Source: Eledone cirrhosa
Taxonomy: Eukaryota
Assembly: GCA_964016885.1 (NCBI GenBank)
Contig: OZ024747.1
Span: forward strand, 124,001-188,000
DNA length: 64,000 bases
Reading direction: 5' to 3'
Shown: one piece after another, positions 33,601 to 43,500 of the stretch
Position numbering within the stretch: the stretch's first letter is position 1
Layout of the letters: each line of letters begins with the position of its first letter
Notes under the pieces: model-generated
Database searches by the model: none
Told to the model about the DNA's origin: nothing
What the model saw: only the letters and a program-made list of their open reading frames with translations
Program-made: the position numbers and the translations under genes

Positions 33601-36399
33601 TTTGTTCTGTTTACATTGAGCGTCTTACGTAAAAAATTACGCTGGCTTTAACAGTTGTCGAGCCAGCAAAATATTGACCTGCAAAATTCATCAGTTCGAA
33701 CACTAAGCTTCCGTTTTGCTTCATTTCCATTTAAAAGCATTTTAAAACAATATTTTTACTTGAAAACAAGCCTATTTAAAGACTACGTAAAACAAGCAAA
33801 TATTTCGTCGTTAGGCGTGCAGACAGACAGTCGTGCAGAGAGGTGATATACGCGTGCAGACAGACAGTCGTGCAGAGAGGTGATATAGGCGTGCAGACAG
33901 ACAGTCGTGCAGAGAGGTGATATAGGCGTGCAGACAGACAGTCGTGCAGAGAGGTGATATAGGCGTGCAGACAGACAGTCGTGCAGAGAGGTGATATAGG
34001 CGTGCAGACAGACAGTCGTGCAGAGAGGTGATATAGGCGTGCAGACAGACAGTCGTGCAGAGAGGTGATATAGGTGTGCAGACAGACATAACTGATAATT
34101 TGGTTACGCTAATGTTTTTCTCTGCGTTGCAGTGTTTACATTTTCGATCTTTGTTAATAAATAACCAGTGCAGTTTCTATCCCCAGCATCCTCTTTTGTT
34201 ATAACATTCGGATTATCGTTATGTTTTCTTAACTTCATAAGGCATATTGTTGGTTGAGGGAATATTAATCAAAAACACCACATGCAAGTCTGCACAGTAG
34301 ACACTACAGTTTTTAAGCCAAGAAAGAAACTTAACATTGTAACTTTAACACAGCTACTGAGCGACCCCGAGCAACGCCGGGCTTTACTGCTAGTATATTA
34401 TAAAGTGAACTTTAGGTAATTTTGGCTTGATTCTTTAAGTGAATACATTTATTATTTGTTGCTCTCTCTCTCTCTCTCTGTACATAATACTAGTTGTTTC
34501 TCAACTTGATATATGAAAAAAATTTTGTATATCATTTAAATATATATATATATATATATATATATACACCCTATACATTTATACATACACCCTATACATT
34601 TATACATATGACACTTTTTGTGTTGTTTTTATTACAGAAAGAACAGGTATTCAAATTAGCTTTGAAGGCAGACGATGAATTATTTCACGTGGCTCTGTAT
34701 GATTGGCTGTTGCAGAACAACTTGAAAGATAAACTCATTGAGGTAAAACAACACTTACTATTTCTAATACATGTGACAGCCTTGCTTAACACCAAATGTG
34801 GGTCATGGCACATCTCCCCTTTTGTAGGCCACATCAACATTTCTATATTTTGGTAAATCAGTTGTGATGTTCTGGTTGTATGACATGAGAAACAAGAAGC
34901 CATTGAAGCTGTAGACCCCTACTTACTGCATTACCTGCTGCACTACTTGCTGCATAAGTTGTTTCAGTTTAATTTGTGCTTGATATTTAGTTGATATAAG
35001 ATAGCCTATAAATGATATCAAATATATTGTCATGACAGAAACAATAATAATCACTACTCCTGTATTGGAGGGGGTAGATAGGTTAATTGATAGGTATCTA
35101 TTTGTCTATCTCTCTTAACTCATCTGTCAAAAACAGTTGAGAATTAAAACCTAAACTGACAACAAAGTTATTTATTGTACCTTGTATGTCTTAAGAAGCG
35201 ACTAAAAGGTTTGGTGTCAGTAAGGCCATCTGGCTGTAAAGCATTGCCTTAAAAGTCCCATCTAATTCATATCAGCATAGAAAGGTTGACATAAAAACTA
35301 TGATAAATACTTTAATACAGTTTTTTTTACCATAGAACCAGGAGCAGTTTCTCGTGAGTATTAAATGGTTTAACTTGTCTGAAACAATTCTTCTAGTTTT
35401 TTTATCCTTAATTTCTTTTCTTTTCTCCTCTATTGAAACTCCCTTTTTATGAACACAGATCAAGAGTCCGTTTTTGGAGACGTACTTGAAGTGGAAGGCC
35501 AGCATTGTACAAGACGAGAAAACCCTAATTCTTGACTTGCTGTGGAAGTTCTACCAGAAGAACAAAAACTTTCCTGCTGCAGCACGTATCTTATCAAGGC
35601 TAGCAGAGAAACATGGGTAAGCTGATCGCTGTTTAATTCTGCTATGATGACTGAAGAGTGTAGGTGGTCAGTAGGAGGTTCAGCTGTTTGTTATGGCTGT
35701 TAAGTAAGATGGAACAAAGTGTGTGTCTGTGTGTGTTTAATAATTTTGTTATGAAACATTTGGTTCAGTTCTTGCCTCAAAATATATGCATTTATGAAAT
35801 TTTGTAGGAATCTATATTAAAAACTGCTTAATCGCAGTATAATTTACAAATCTTTCCTTTTTGACATATCCATTTTACAGAGTGGACTCGGTGCGTTTTA
35901 TTGTGGTACCAACAATAACTCTTTACAGGTGCATATTATGGTACCAGCACTTGAGAGGTTGTCACAAGTTAGGCTAGACTGGAAAGTCCTTTCCATATGG
36001 TTTTATCAAACTGTAGTCGCCAGTCTATCAACATGGGAATCATCATCATCGTCAAACATCTATTTTTTCATGTTTGCCTATTTTTCCATGTTTGCCATCT
36101 TGTTCATATGGATCTGTATTTTTGGCTTGGTTTCTTTAGCTGAATGTCCTTCCTAATCCCAACCATGTTACAGTGTTGACTATGCTTTTTATCATGTCAC
36201 CAGCCAGCATGATGTGTGTGTATGTGTATATATATATATTATATGTGTGTATGTATGTTTGTATTTCAGGTCTGAACTTACCCTATCACAACGTGTTGAA
36301 TACCTCTCTCGTGCTATAGCCTGCGCTAAAGGCTCAACACTGATGACCAGTGTGGCCACAGAAGGAGAGTTCCTACATGAATTAGAAGAGAAGATGGAT
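5960..36399 (+). CDS. NUP155: Nuclear pore complex protein Nup155, partial spliced CDS (15 internal exons, 606 codons); 5' and 3' exons outside the window
   Basis: Exons join in frame with GT-AG boundaries. Translation contains motifs I recognise from Nup155: [104 protein letters not shown]. Confidence 0.96.
7005..12260 (-). mobile_element. Near-full-length degenerate CR1/L2-type LINE (ORF1 with Cys/His finger; ORF2 APE endonuclease + RT)
   Basis: EN motifs [35 protein letters not shown]; RT motifs [34 protein letters not shown]; (TTA)n tail at 7005-7030; many frameshifts and stops; 5' boundary approximate. Confidence 0.92.
7969..9027 (+). mobile_element. Internally deleted piggyBac element with TTAA target-site duplications
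   Basis: TTAA(7965-68)|CCCTTTAGTGTTC ... GAATACTAAAGGG|TTAA(9028-31); transposase N-terminal remnants at 8210-8810 match the 18374-21060 copy. Confidence 0.93.
12850..13045. mobile_element. mariner-type MITE
   Basis: Imperfect TIRs (GAGGGATGCCTCAAAGGTTCATAGGCTGA / TCAGCCTATGAACTTTTCAGCCCACTC), about 200 bp. Confidence 0.6.
13127..13219 (+). CDS. NUP155: NUP155 exon B ([31 protein letters not shown]), low-complexity loop
   Basis: ttgtag|GT acceptor; CAG|gtaagt donor; 93 nt, phase 1 to 1, open frame; poorly conserved sequence. Confidence 0.78.
13809..13995 (+). CDS. NUP155: NUP155 exon C ([10 protein letters not shown]...polyQ...[18 protein letters not shown])
   Basis: Long pyrimidine tract then tag|GA; CAG|gtaagc donor; conserved SGKHNG motif; phase 1 to 2. 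Confidence 0.95.
15841..16075. repeat. 48-bp minisatellite, about 5 diverged copies
   Basis: Unit ccaccctgtatggtggtagtgctggt...caacaaaaatc. Confidence 0.85.
16157..16223 (+). CDS. NUP155: NUP155 exon D ([22 protein letters not shown])
   Basis: ttacag|A acceptor; TAT|gtaagt donor; phase 2 to 0. Confidence 0.9.
16400..16790. mobile_element. Old LINE fragments (minus-strand RT remnant 'LEFADNMVL' next to a segment also found inverted at 37030-37125)
   Basis: Degenerate FADD-type motif; 16635-16730 matches the reverse complement of 37030-37125. Confidence 0.5.
17070..17180. repeat. ~22-bp minisatellite (gagatcaccctccttgaagt..), about 5 copies
   Basis: Direct reading. Confidence 0.75.
17330..17510 (-). 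mobile_element. tRNA-derived SINE copy
   Basis: Reverse complement closely resembles 18430-18612. Confidence 0.8.
17602..17714 (+). CDS. NUP155: NUP155 exon E ([12 protein letters not shown]...SPLAAN)
   Basis: tgcag|CTT acceptor; CAG|gtatgt donor; phase 0 to 2. Confidence 0.88.
18374..21060 (-). mobile_element. piggyBac (PGBD4-like) transposon with frameshifted transposase
   Basis: TTAA|CCCTTTAG ... CTAAAGGG|TTAA; fragments 'DPLYKVRP', '[12 protein letters not shown]', '[10 protein letters not shown]', 'KKWWRY' and a C-terminal Cys-rich domain, spread over several frames at about 19240-20800. Confidence 0.93.
18430..18612 (+). mobile_element. tRNA-derived SINE inserted near the piggyBac 3' end
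   Basis: A-box-like TGGCAGTATCGG and B-box GAGTTCAAATCC; absent from the matching part of the 7969-9027 copy. Confidence 0.82.
21190..21281 (+). CDS. NUP155: NUP155 exon F ([11 protein letters not shown]...QTRKQWQ)
   Basis: tttcag|C acceptor; A|gtatgt donor; phase 2 to 1, needed to bridge exons E and G. Confidence 0.85.
22718..22851 (+). CDS. NUP155: NUP155 exon G ([12 protein letters not shown]...[15 protein letters not shown])
   Basis: ttccag|TT acceptor; CAG|gtgaat donor; phase 1 to 0. Confidence 0.93.
23770..23829 (+). CDS. NUP155: NUP155 exon H ([20 protein letters not shown])
   Basis: tttcag|GAT acceptor; GAT|gtaagc donor; TFKxLV motif; phase 0 to 0. Confidence 0.92.
24054..24228. 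repeat. 32-bp minisatellite (ctgtagggtccttattgtggtgtagtttcaca), about 5.5 copies
   Basis: Direct reading. Confidence 0.92.
24370..25090. repeat. 29-bp C/A-rich minisatellite (cagcccctcaccatctctcaaccctctca), about 24 copies
   Basis: Direct reading; ends about 50 bp before exon I. Confidence 0.93.
25142..25273 (+). CDS. NUP155: NUP155 exon I ([13 protein letters not shown]...[14 protein letters not shown])
   Basis: tgtag|ATG acceptor; AAG|gtaaag donor; phase 0 to 0. Confidence 0.95.
26447..26524 (+). CDS. NUP155: NUP155 exon J (ALELLQAAK...LEEALM)
   Basis: ttacag|GCT acceptor; ATG|gtaagt donor; phase 0 to 0. Confidence 0.92.
27630..28018. repeat. Compound microsatellite (TA)n-(CATA)n-(CATG)n-(CATA)n-(GA)n
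   Basis: Direct reading; source of the spurious HTYI/MYVC ORFs. Confidence 0.97.
28054..28795 (-). mobile_element. 5'-truncated RTE-type LINE copy
   Basis: ORF '[10 protein letters not shown]...[10 protein letters not shown]'; colinear with 31630-32390; (GAT)n tail. Confidence 0.9.
29208..29404 (+). CDS. NUP155: NUP155 exon K ([11 protein letters not shown]...[29 protein letters not shown])
   Basis: tttatag|CTG acceptor; GAG|gtaagt donor; phase 0 to 2. Confidence 0.95.
30043..30193 (+). CDS. NUP155: NUP155 exon L ([11 protein letters not shown]...[11 protein letters not shown]...EAELQ)
   Basis: tttcag|A acceptor; CAG|gtaatg donor; phase 2 to 0. Confidence 0.95.
30974..31285 (-). mobile_element. 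Second tRNA-derived SINE family copy
   Basis: Minus-strand head GGCATGTGGCCTTGTGGTTAGGGTGTTCGG...GAGTTCGATTCC; related fragment at 23010-23165. Confidence 0.75.
31630..33246 (-). mobile_element. 5'-truncated RTE-type LINE with 389-aa open RT frame (32064-33233)
   Basis: [44 protein letters not shown]; (GAT)n tail at 31630-31650. Confidence 0.94.
33383..34393 (+). mobile_element. Non-autonomous Helitron with internal 37-bp tandem repeat
   Basis: A|TC 5' end, subterminal hairpin CCCG-agcaacgc-CGGG, CTAG|T 3' end, no TSD. Confidence 0.8.
33813..34089. repeat. 37-bp minisatellite (aggcgtgcagacagacagtcgtgcagagaggtgatat), about 7.5 near-identical copies
   Basis: Direct reading. Confidence 0.95.
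34638..34742 (+). CDS. NUP155: NUP155 exon M ([35 protein letters not shown])
   Basis: ttacag|AAA acceptor; GAG|gtaaaa donor; phase 0 to 0. Confidence 0.95.
35459..35616 (+). CDS. NUP155: NUP155 exon N ([10 protein letters not shown]...[27 protein letters not shown])
   Basis: cacag|ATC acceptor; GG|gtaagc donor; phase 0 to 2. Confidence 0.95.
36270..36399 (+). CDS. NUP155: NUP155 exon O ([20 protein letters not shown]...[12 protein letters not shown])
   Basis: tttcag|G acceptor; GAT|gtaagt donor; no stop codon, so the gene continues downstream. Confidence 0.95.
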
Positions 36400-37244
36400 G
36401 TAAGTATAGATGTCAGTCTTTAAACTGTCACCAACCTTCATACATGTACACCTTAGCTGTTGTTGCTATCACTTGGAATACAAACCTTACTTGGCCTGAT
36501 ATCCACAAGTTTATGTTTGTATCATCTCTTATCACTTCCATTTTATCACTCAATGTTACCACATTTCTAATGAAATACACTGTGTTTGAAATACAGTATA
36601 TACTCGTATATAAGCTGAGAAATATGTGACAAAAAAAAATTGATTATAAAATGGAGATTTGGCTTATATTCGAGGTCAATATTTTGCCAATTGTAAATGA
36701 GATACTAAAATATTTTCGCTTTAGATGTGAATATTACACCAGTTCCATTTTCAATGTGAAATTCGTATTTCCTATTGTTTTTGATGTTTTCAAAACAGTT
36801 GAAAATTGGTAAAAAAAATCATTACATAATGGAGTTGTGAAACAAAAGCTGTACTCTAAATCCGTGATTCTCAACGTGGGCCTGAGAAATTTTTTAAAAT
36901 TGACCTGGAGTTGGTTCAAGGAAAATAGATGGGCTTTGAAATTCTGTCTTTTTTACCATTGGCATAAAATTATCCTCTTCATCCACCTATTCCTGAGAAG
37001 ATCATAGGTAGACTCCTCAAACACTCCTTCCAGTGGGTCCTGTCAGAAGCAACCGTCACCAACTGATCTGGCTGGATCCCCAAGCAAGACCAGCTGAGCT
37101 CATGGATGTTATCCAACCATCTTCATCAGGGTTTACTCCCTGGGCTCTCCTCATGGTTTATTTTGCCCATAAAATCTGTCCATTATGAAAACACAAACTG
37201 CTTTACTTTATTTTTTAATGGAAAATAATTTAGAAATTATTTAA

Positions 37245-37500
37245 CCCTTTAATGTTCAAACTGGCCAAAACCGACCAGAATTTTCTACCTCTTTCTGTTG
37301 AAACTGGCTGTAGCTGGTTGCTCAAACTGATGTTAAGGTATTGTTCTCAAAATAAATACTTTCAAAATCTCATAGATTCGATATTATGTGAGATAATTAT
37401 GCCGAGGTAAAGCCTTTACCATGAAAATCATCATCGTTCATCATCATCGTTTAACGTCCATATTCCACTCTATAGTATATATAATGTGAATGCTAAGGGA
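37245..37500 (+). mobile_element. piggyBac-family MITE (about 256 bp)
   Basis: TTAA|CCCTTTAATGTTCAAAC ... AATGTGAATGCTAAGGGA|TTAA; ends resemble both termini of the 18374-21060 element. Confidence 0.72.
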
Positions 37501-37563
37501 TTAAATAAAATTATTGATGTTTTCTTCATAAGTCAGGATTGTGTTAAAGCAGTGTAGTGATTA

Positions 37564-40500
37564 GTGAGGATTGTGTGGTGTTAGAGCAGTGTGGTGAGGA
37601 TTGTGTGGTGTTAGAGCAGTGTGGTGAGGATTGTGTGGTGTTAGAGCAGTGTGGTGAGGATTGTGGTGTGGTGTTAGAGCAGTGTGGTGAGGATTGTGTG
37701 GTGTATTAGAGCAGTGTGGTGAGGATTGTGTGGTGTATTAGAGCAGTGTGGTGAGGATTGTGTGGTGTTAGAGCAGTGTGGTGAGGATTGTGGTGTGTTA
37801 GAGCAGTGTGGTGAGGATTGTGTGGTGTTAGAGCAGTGTGGTGAGGATTGTGTGGTGTTAGAGCAGTGTGGTGAGGATTGTGTGGTGTTAGAGCAGTGTG
37901 GTGAGGATTGTGCGGTGTTAGAGCAGTGTGGTGAGGATTGTGGTGTGTTAGAGCAGTGTGGTGAGGATTGTGCGGTGTTAGAGCAGTGTGGTGAGGATTG
38001 TGGTGTGTTAGAGCAGTGTGGTGAGGATTGTGGTGTATTAGAGCAGCGTGATGAGGATTGTGGTGTGGTGTTAGAGCAGTGTGGTGAGGATTGTGTGGTG
38101 TTAGAGCAGTGTGGTGAGGATTGTGGTGTGTTAGAGCAGTGTCGTGAGGATTGTGTTGTGTTAGAGCAGTGTGGTGAGGATTGTGGTGTGTTAGAGCAGT
38201 GTGGTAAGGATTGTGGTGTGGTGAGGATTGTGTGGTGTTAGAGCAGTGTGGTGAGGATTGTGGTGTGTTAGAGCAGTGTGGTGAGGATTGTGTGGTGTTA
38301 GAGCAGTGTGGTGAGGATTGTGGTGTGTTAGAGCAGTGTGGTGAGGATTGTGTGGTGTTAGAGCAGTGTGGTGAGGATTGTGGTGTGTTAGAGCAGTGTG
38401 GTGAGGATTGTGGTGTGTTAGAGCAGTGTGGTGTGGTGTTAGAGCAGTGTGGTGAGGATTGTGTGGTGTTAGAGCAGTGTGGTGAGGATTGTGGTGTGTT
38501 AGAGCAGTGTGGTGAGGATTGTGTTTTGTTAGAGCAGTGTGGTGAGGATTGTGGTGTGTTAGAGCAGTGTGGTGAGGATTTTGTGGTGTTAGAGCAGTGT
38601 GGTGAGGATTGTGTGGTGTTAGAGCAGTGTGGTGAGGATTGTGGTGTGTTAGAGCAGTGTGGTGAGGATTGTGGTGTGTTAGAGCAGTGTGGTGAGGATT
38701 GTGGTGTGGTGTTAGAGCAGTGTGGTGAGGATTGTGGTGTATTAGAGCAGTGTGCTGAGGATTGTGTGGTGTTAGAGCAATGTGGTGAGGATTGTGGTGT
38801 GTTAGAGCAGTGTGGTCAGGATTGTGTGGTGTTAGAGCAGTGTGGTGAGGATTGTGGTGTGTTAGAGCAGTGTGGTGAGGATTGTGGTGTGTTAGAGCAG
38901 TGTGGTGAGGATTGTGGTGTGTTAGAGCAGTGTGGTGAGGATTGTGTGGTGAGGATTGTGTGGTGTTAGAGCAGTGTGGTGAGGATTGTGGTGTGTTAGA
39001 GCAGTGTGGTGAGGATTGTGGTGTGTTAGAGCAGTGTGGTGAGGATTGTGTGGTGTTAGAGCAGTGTGGTGAGGATTGTGTGGTGTTAGAGCAGTGTGGT
39101 GAGGATTGTGGTGTGTTAGAGCAGTGTGGTGAGGATTGTGTGGTGTTAGAGCAGTGTGGTGAGGATTGTGGTGTGTTAGAGCAGTGTGGTGAGGATTGTG
39201 TGGTGTTAGAGCAGTGTGGTGAGGATTGTGTGGTGTTAGAGCAGTGTGGTGAGGATTGTGGTGTGTTAGAGCAGTGTGGTGAGGATTGTGGTGTGTTAGA
39301 GCAGTGTGGTGAGGATTGTGGTGTGTTAGAGCAGTGTGGTGAGGATTGTGGTGTGTTAGAGCAGTGTGGTGAAGATTGTGTGGTGTTAGAGCAGTGTGGT
39401 GAGGATTGTGTGGTGTTAGAGCAGTGTGGTGAGGATTGTGTGGTGTTAGAGCAGTGTGGTGAGGATTGTGTGGTGAGGATTGTGGTGTGTTAGAGCAGTG
39501 TGGTGAGGATTGTGTGGTGTTAGAGCAGTGTGGTGAGGATTGTGGTGTGTTAGAGCAGTGTGGTGAGGATTGTGTGGTGTTAGAGCAGTGTGGTGAGGAT
39601 TGTGTGGTGTTAGAGCAGTGTGGTGAGGATTGTGGTGTGTTAGAGCAGTGTGGTGAGGATTGTGTGGTGTGTTAGAGCAGTGTGGTGAGGATTGTGTGGT
39701 GTTAGAGCAGTGTGGTGAGGATTGTGTGGTGTTAGAGCAGTGTGGTGAGGATTGTGTGGTGTTAGAGCAGTGTGGTGAGGATTGTGTGGTGTTAGAGCAG
39801 TGTGGTGAGGATTGTTGTGTGGTGTTAGAGCAGCGTGATGAGGATTGTGTGGTGTTAGAGGATTGTGGTGTGGTGTTAGAGTAGTGTGGTGTTAGAGCAG
39901 TGTGATGAGGATTGTGGTGTGTTAGAGCAGTGTGGTGAGGATTGTGGTGTATTAGAGCATTTAGGTGAGGATTGTTGTGTGGTGTTAGAGCAGTGTGGTG
40001 AGGATTGTGGTGTGTTAGAGCAGTGTGATGAGGATTGTGTGGTGTGTTAGAGCAGTGTGGTGAGGATTGTGGTGTGTTAGAGCAGTGTGATGAGGATTGT
40101 GTGGTGTGTTAGAGCAGTGTGGTGAGGATTGTGGTGTGTTAGAGCAGTGTGGTGAGGATTGTGTGGTGTTAGAGCAGTGTGGTGAGGATTGTTGTGTGGT
40201 GTTAGAGCAGTGTGATGAGGATTGTGTGGTGTTAGAGGATTGTGGTGTGGTGTTAGAGTAGTGTGGTGTTAGAGCAGTGTGATGAGGATTGTGGTGTGTT
40301 AGAGCAGTGTGGTGAGGATTGTGGTGTATTAGAGCAGTGTGGTGAGGATTGTGGTGTGGTGTTAGAGCAGTGTGGTGAGGATTGTGGTGTGTTAGAGCAG
40401 TGTGGTGAGGATTGTGGTGTATTAGAGCAGTGTGGTGTTATAGCAGTGTGGGGAGGATTGTGGTGTTAGAGCAGTGTGGTGAGGATTGTGGTGTATTAGA

Positions 40501-43500
40501 GCAGTGTGGTGTGTTAGAGCAGTGTGGTGAGGATTGTGTGGTGTTAGAGCAGTGTGGTGAGGATTGTGGTGTGTTAGAGCAGTGTGGTGAGGATTGTGGT
40601 GTATTAGAGCAGTGTGCTGAGGATTGTGTGGTGTTAGAGCAGTGTGGTGAGGATTGTGTGGTGTTAGAGCAGTGTGGTGAGGATTGTGTGGTGTATTAGA
40701 GCAGTGTGGTGAGGATTGTGGTGTGTTAGTGCAGTGTGGTGAGGATTGTGGTGTGTTAGAGCAGTGTGGTGAGGATTGTGTGGTGTTAGAGCAGTGTGGT
40801 GAGGATTGTGGTGTGTTAGAGCAGTGTGGTGAGGATTGTGGTGTATTAGAGCAGTGTGCTGAGGATTGTGTGGTGTTAGAGCAGTGTGGTGAGGATTGTG
40901 GTGTGTTAGAGCAGTGTGGTGAGGATTGTGTGGTGTTAGAGCAGTGTGGTGAGGATTGTGGTGTGTTAGAGCAGTGTGGTGAGGATTGTGGTGTGTTAGA
41001 GCAGTGTGGTGTGGTGTTAGAGCAGTGTGGTGAGGATTGTGTGGTGTTAGAGCAGTGTGGTGAGGATTGTGGTGTGTTAGAGCAGTGTGGTGAGGATTGT
41101 GTTTTGTTAGAGCAGTGTGGTGAGGATTGTGGTGTGTTAGAGCAGTGTGGTGAGGATTTTGTGGTGTTAGAGCAGTGTGGTGAGGATTGTGTGGTGTTAG
41201 AGCAGTGTGGTGAGGATTGTGGTGTGTTAGAGCAGTGTGGTGAGGATTGTGGTGTGTTAGAGCAGTGTGGTGAGGATTGTGGTGTGGTGTTAGAGCAGTG
41301 TGGTGAGGATTGTGGTGTATTAGAGCAGTGTGCTGAGGATTGTGTGGTGTTAGAGCAATGTGGTGAGGATTGTGGTGTGTTAGAGCAGTGTGGTCAGGAT
41401 TGTGTGGTGTTAGAGCAGTGTGGTGAGGATTGTGGTGTGTTAGAGCAGTGTGGTGAGGATTGTGGTGTGTTAGAGCAGTGTGGTGAGGATTGTGGTGTGT
41501 TAGAGCAGTGTGGTGAGGATTGTGTGGTGAGGATTGTGTGGTGTTAGAGCAGTGTGGTGAGGATTGTGGTGTGTTAGAGCAGTGTGGTGAGGATTGTGGT
41601 GTGTTAGAGCAGTGTGGTGAGGATTGTGTGGTGTTAGAGCAGTGTGGTGAGGATTGTGTGGTGTTAGAGCAGTGTGGTGAGGATTGTGGTGTGTTAGAGC
41701 AGTGTGGTGAGGATTGTGTGGTGTTAGAGCAGTGTGGTGAGGATTGTGGTGTGTTAGAGCAGTGTGGTGAGGATTGTGTGGTGTTAGAGCAGTGTGGTGA
41801 GGATTGTGTGGTGTTAGAGCAGTGTGGTGAGGATTGTGGTGTGTTAGAGCAGTGTGGTGAGGATTGTGGTGTGTTAGAGCAGTGTGGTGAGGATTGTGGT
41901 GTGTTAGAGCAGTGTGGTGAGGATTGTGGTGTGTTAGAGCAGTGTGGTGAAGATTGTGTGGTGTTAGAGCAGTGTGGTGAGGATTGTGTGGTGTTAGAGC
42001 AGTGTGGTGAGGATTGTGTGGTGTTAGAGCAGTGTGGTGAGGATTGTGTGGTGAGGATTGTGGTGTGTTAGAGCAGTGTGGTGAGGATTGTGTGGTGTTA
42101 GAGCAGTGTGGTGAGGATTGTGGTGTGTTAGAGCAGTGTGGTGAGGATTGTGTGGTGTTAGAGCAGTGTGGTGAGGATTGTGTGGTGTTAGAGCAGTGTG
42201 GTGAGGATTGTGGTGTGTTAGAGCAGTGTGGTGAGGATTGTGTGGTGTGTTAGAGCAGTGTGGTGAGGATTGTGTGGTGTTAGAGCAGTGTGGTGAGGAT
42301 TGTGTGGTGTTAGAGCAGTGTGGTGAGGATTGTGTGGTGTTAGAGCAGTGTGGTGAGGATTGTGTGGTGTTAGAGCAGTGTGGTGAGGATTGTTGTGTGG
42401 TGTTAGAGCAGCGTGATGAGGATTGTGTGGTGTTAGAGGATTGTGGTGTGGTGTTAGAGTAGTGTGGTGTTAGAGCAGTGTGATGAGGATTGTGGTGTGT
42501 TAGAGCAGTGTGGTGAGGATTGTGGTGTATTAGAGCATTTAGGTGAGGATTGTTGTGTGGTGTTAGAGCAGTGTGGTGAGGATTGTGGTGTGTTAGAGCA
42601 GTGTGATGAGGATTGTGTGGTGTGTTAGAGCAGTGTGGTGAGGATTGTGGTGTGTTAGAGCAGTGTGATGAGGATTGTGTGGTGTGTTAGAGCAGTGTGG
42701 TGAGGATTGTGGTGTGTTAGAGCAGTGTGGTGAGGATTGTGTGGTGTTAGAGCAGTGTGGTGAGGATTGTTGTGTGGTGTTAGAGCAGTGTGATGAGGAT
42801 TGTGTGGTGTTAGAGGATTGTGGTGTGGTGTTAGAGTAGTGTGGTGTTAGAGCAGTGTGATGAGGATTGTGGTGTGTTAGAGCAGTGTGGTGAGGATTGT
42901 GGTGTATTAGAGCAGTGTGGTGAGGATTGTGGTGTGGTGTTAGAGCAGTGTGGTGAGGATTGTGGTGTGTTAGAGCAGTGTGGTGAGGATTGTGGTGTAT
43001 TAGAGCAGTGTGGTGTTATAGCAGTGTGGGGAGGATTGTGGTGTTAGAGCAGTGTGGTGAGGATTGTGGTGTATTAGAGCAGTGTGGTGTGTTAGAGCAG
43101 TGTGGTGAGGATTGTGTGGTGTTAGAGCAGTGTGGTGAGGATTGTGGTGTGTTAGAGCAGTGTGGTGAGGATTGTGGTGTATTAGAGCAGTGTGCTGAGG
43201 ATTGTGTGGTGTTAGAGCAGTGTGGTGAGGATTGTGTGGTGTTAGAGCAGTGTGGTGAGGATTGTGTGGTGTATTAGAGCAGTGTGGTGAGGATTGTGGT
43301 GTGTTAGTGCAGTGTGGTGAGGATTGTGGTGTGTTAGAGCAGTGTGGTGAGGATTGTGTGGTGTTAGAGCAGTGTGGTGAGGATTGTGGTGTGTTAGAGC
43401 AGTGTGGTGAGGATTGTGGTGTATTAGAGCAGTGTGCTGAGGATTGTGTGGTGTTAGAGCAGTGTGGTGAGGATTGTGGTGTGTTAGAGCAGTGTGGTGA

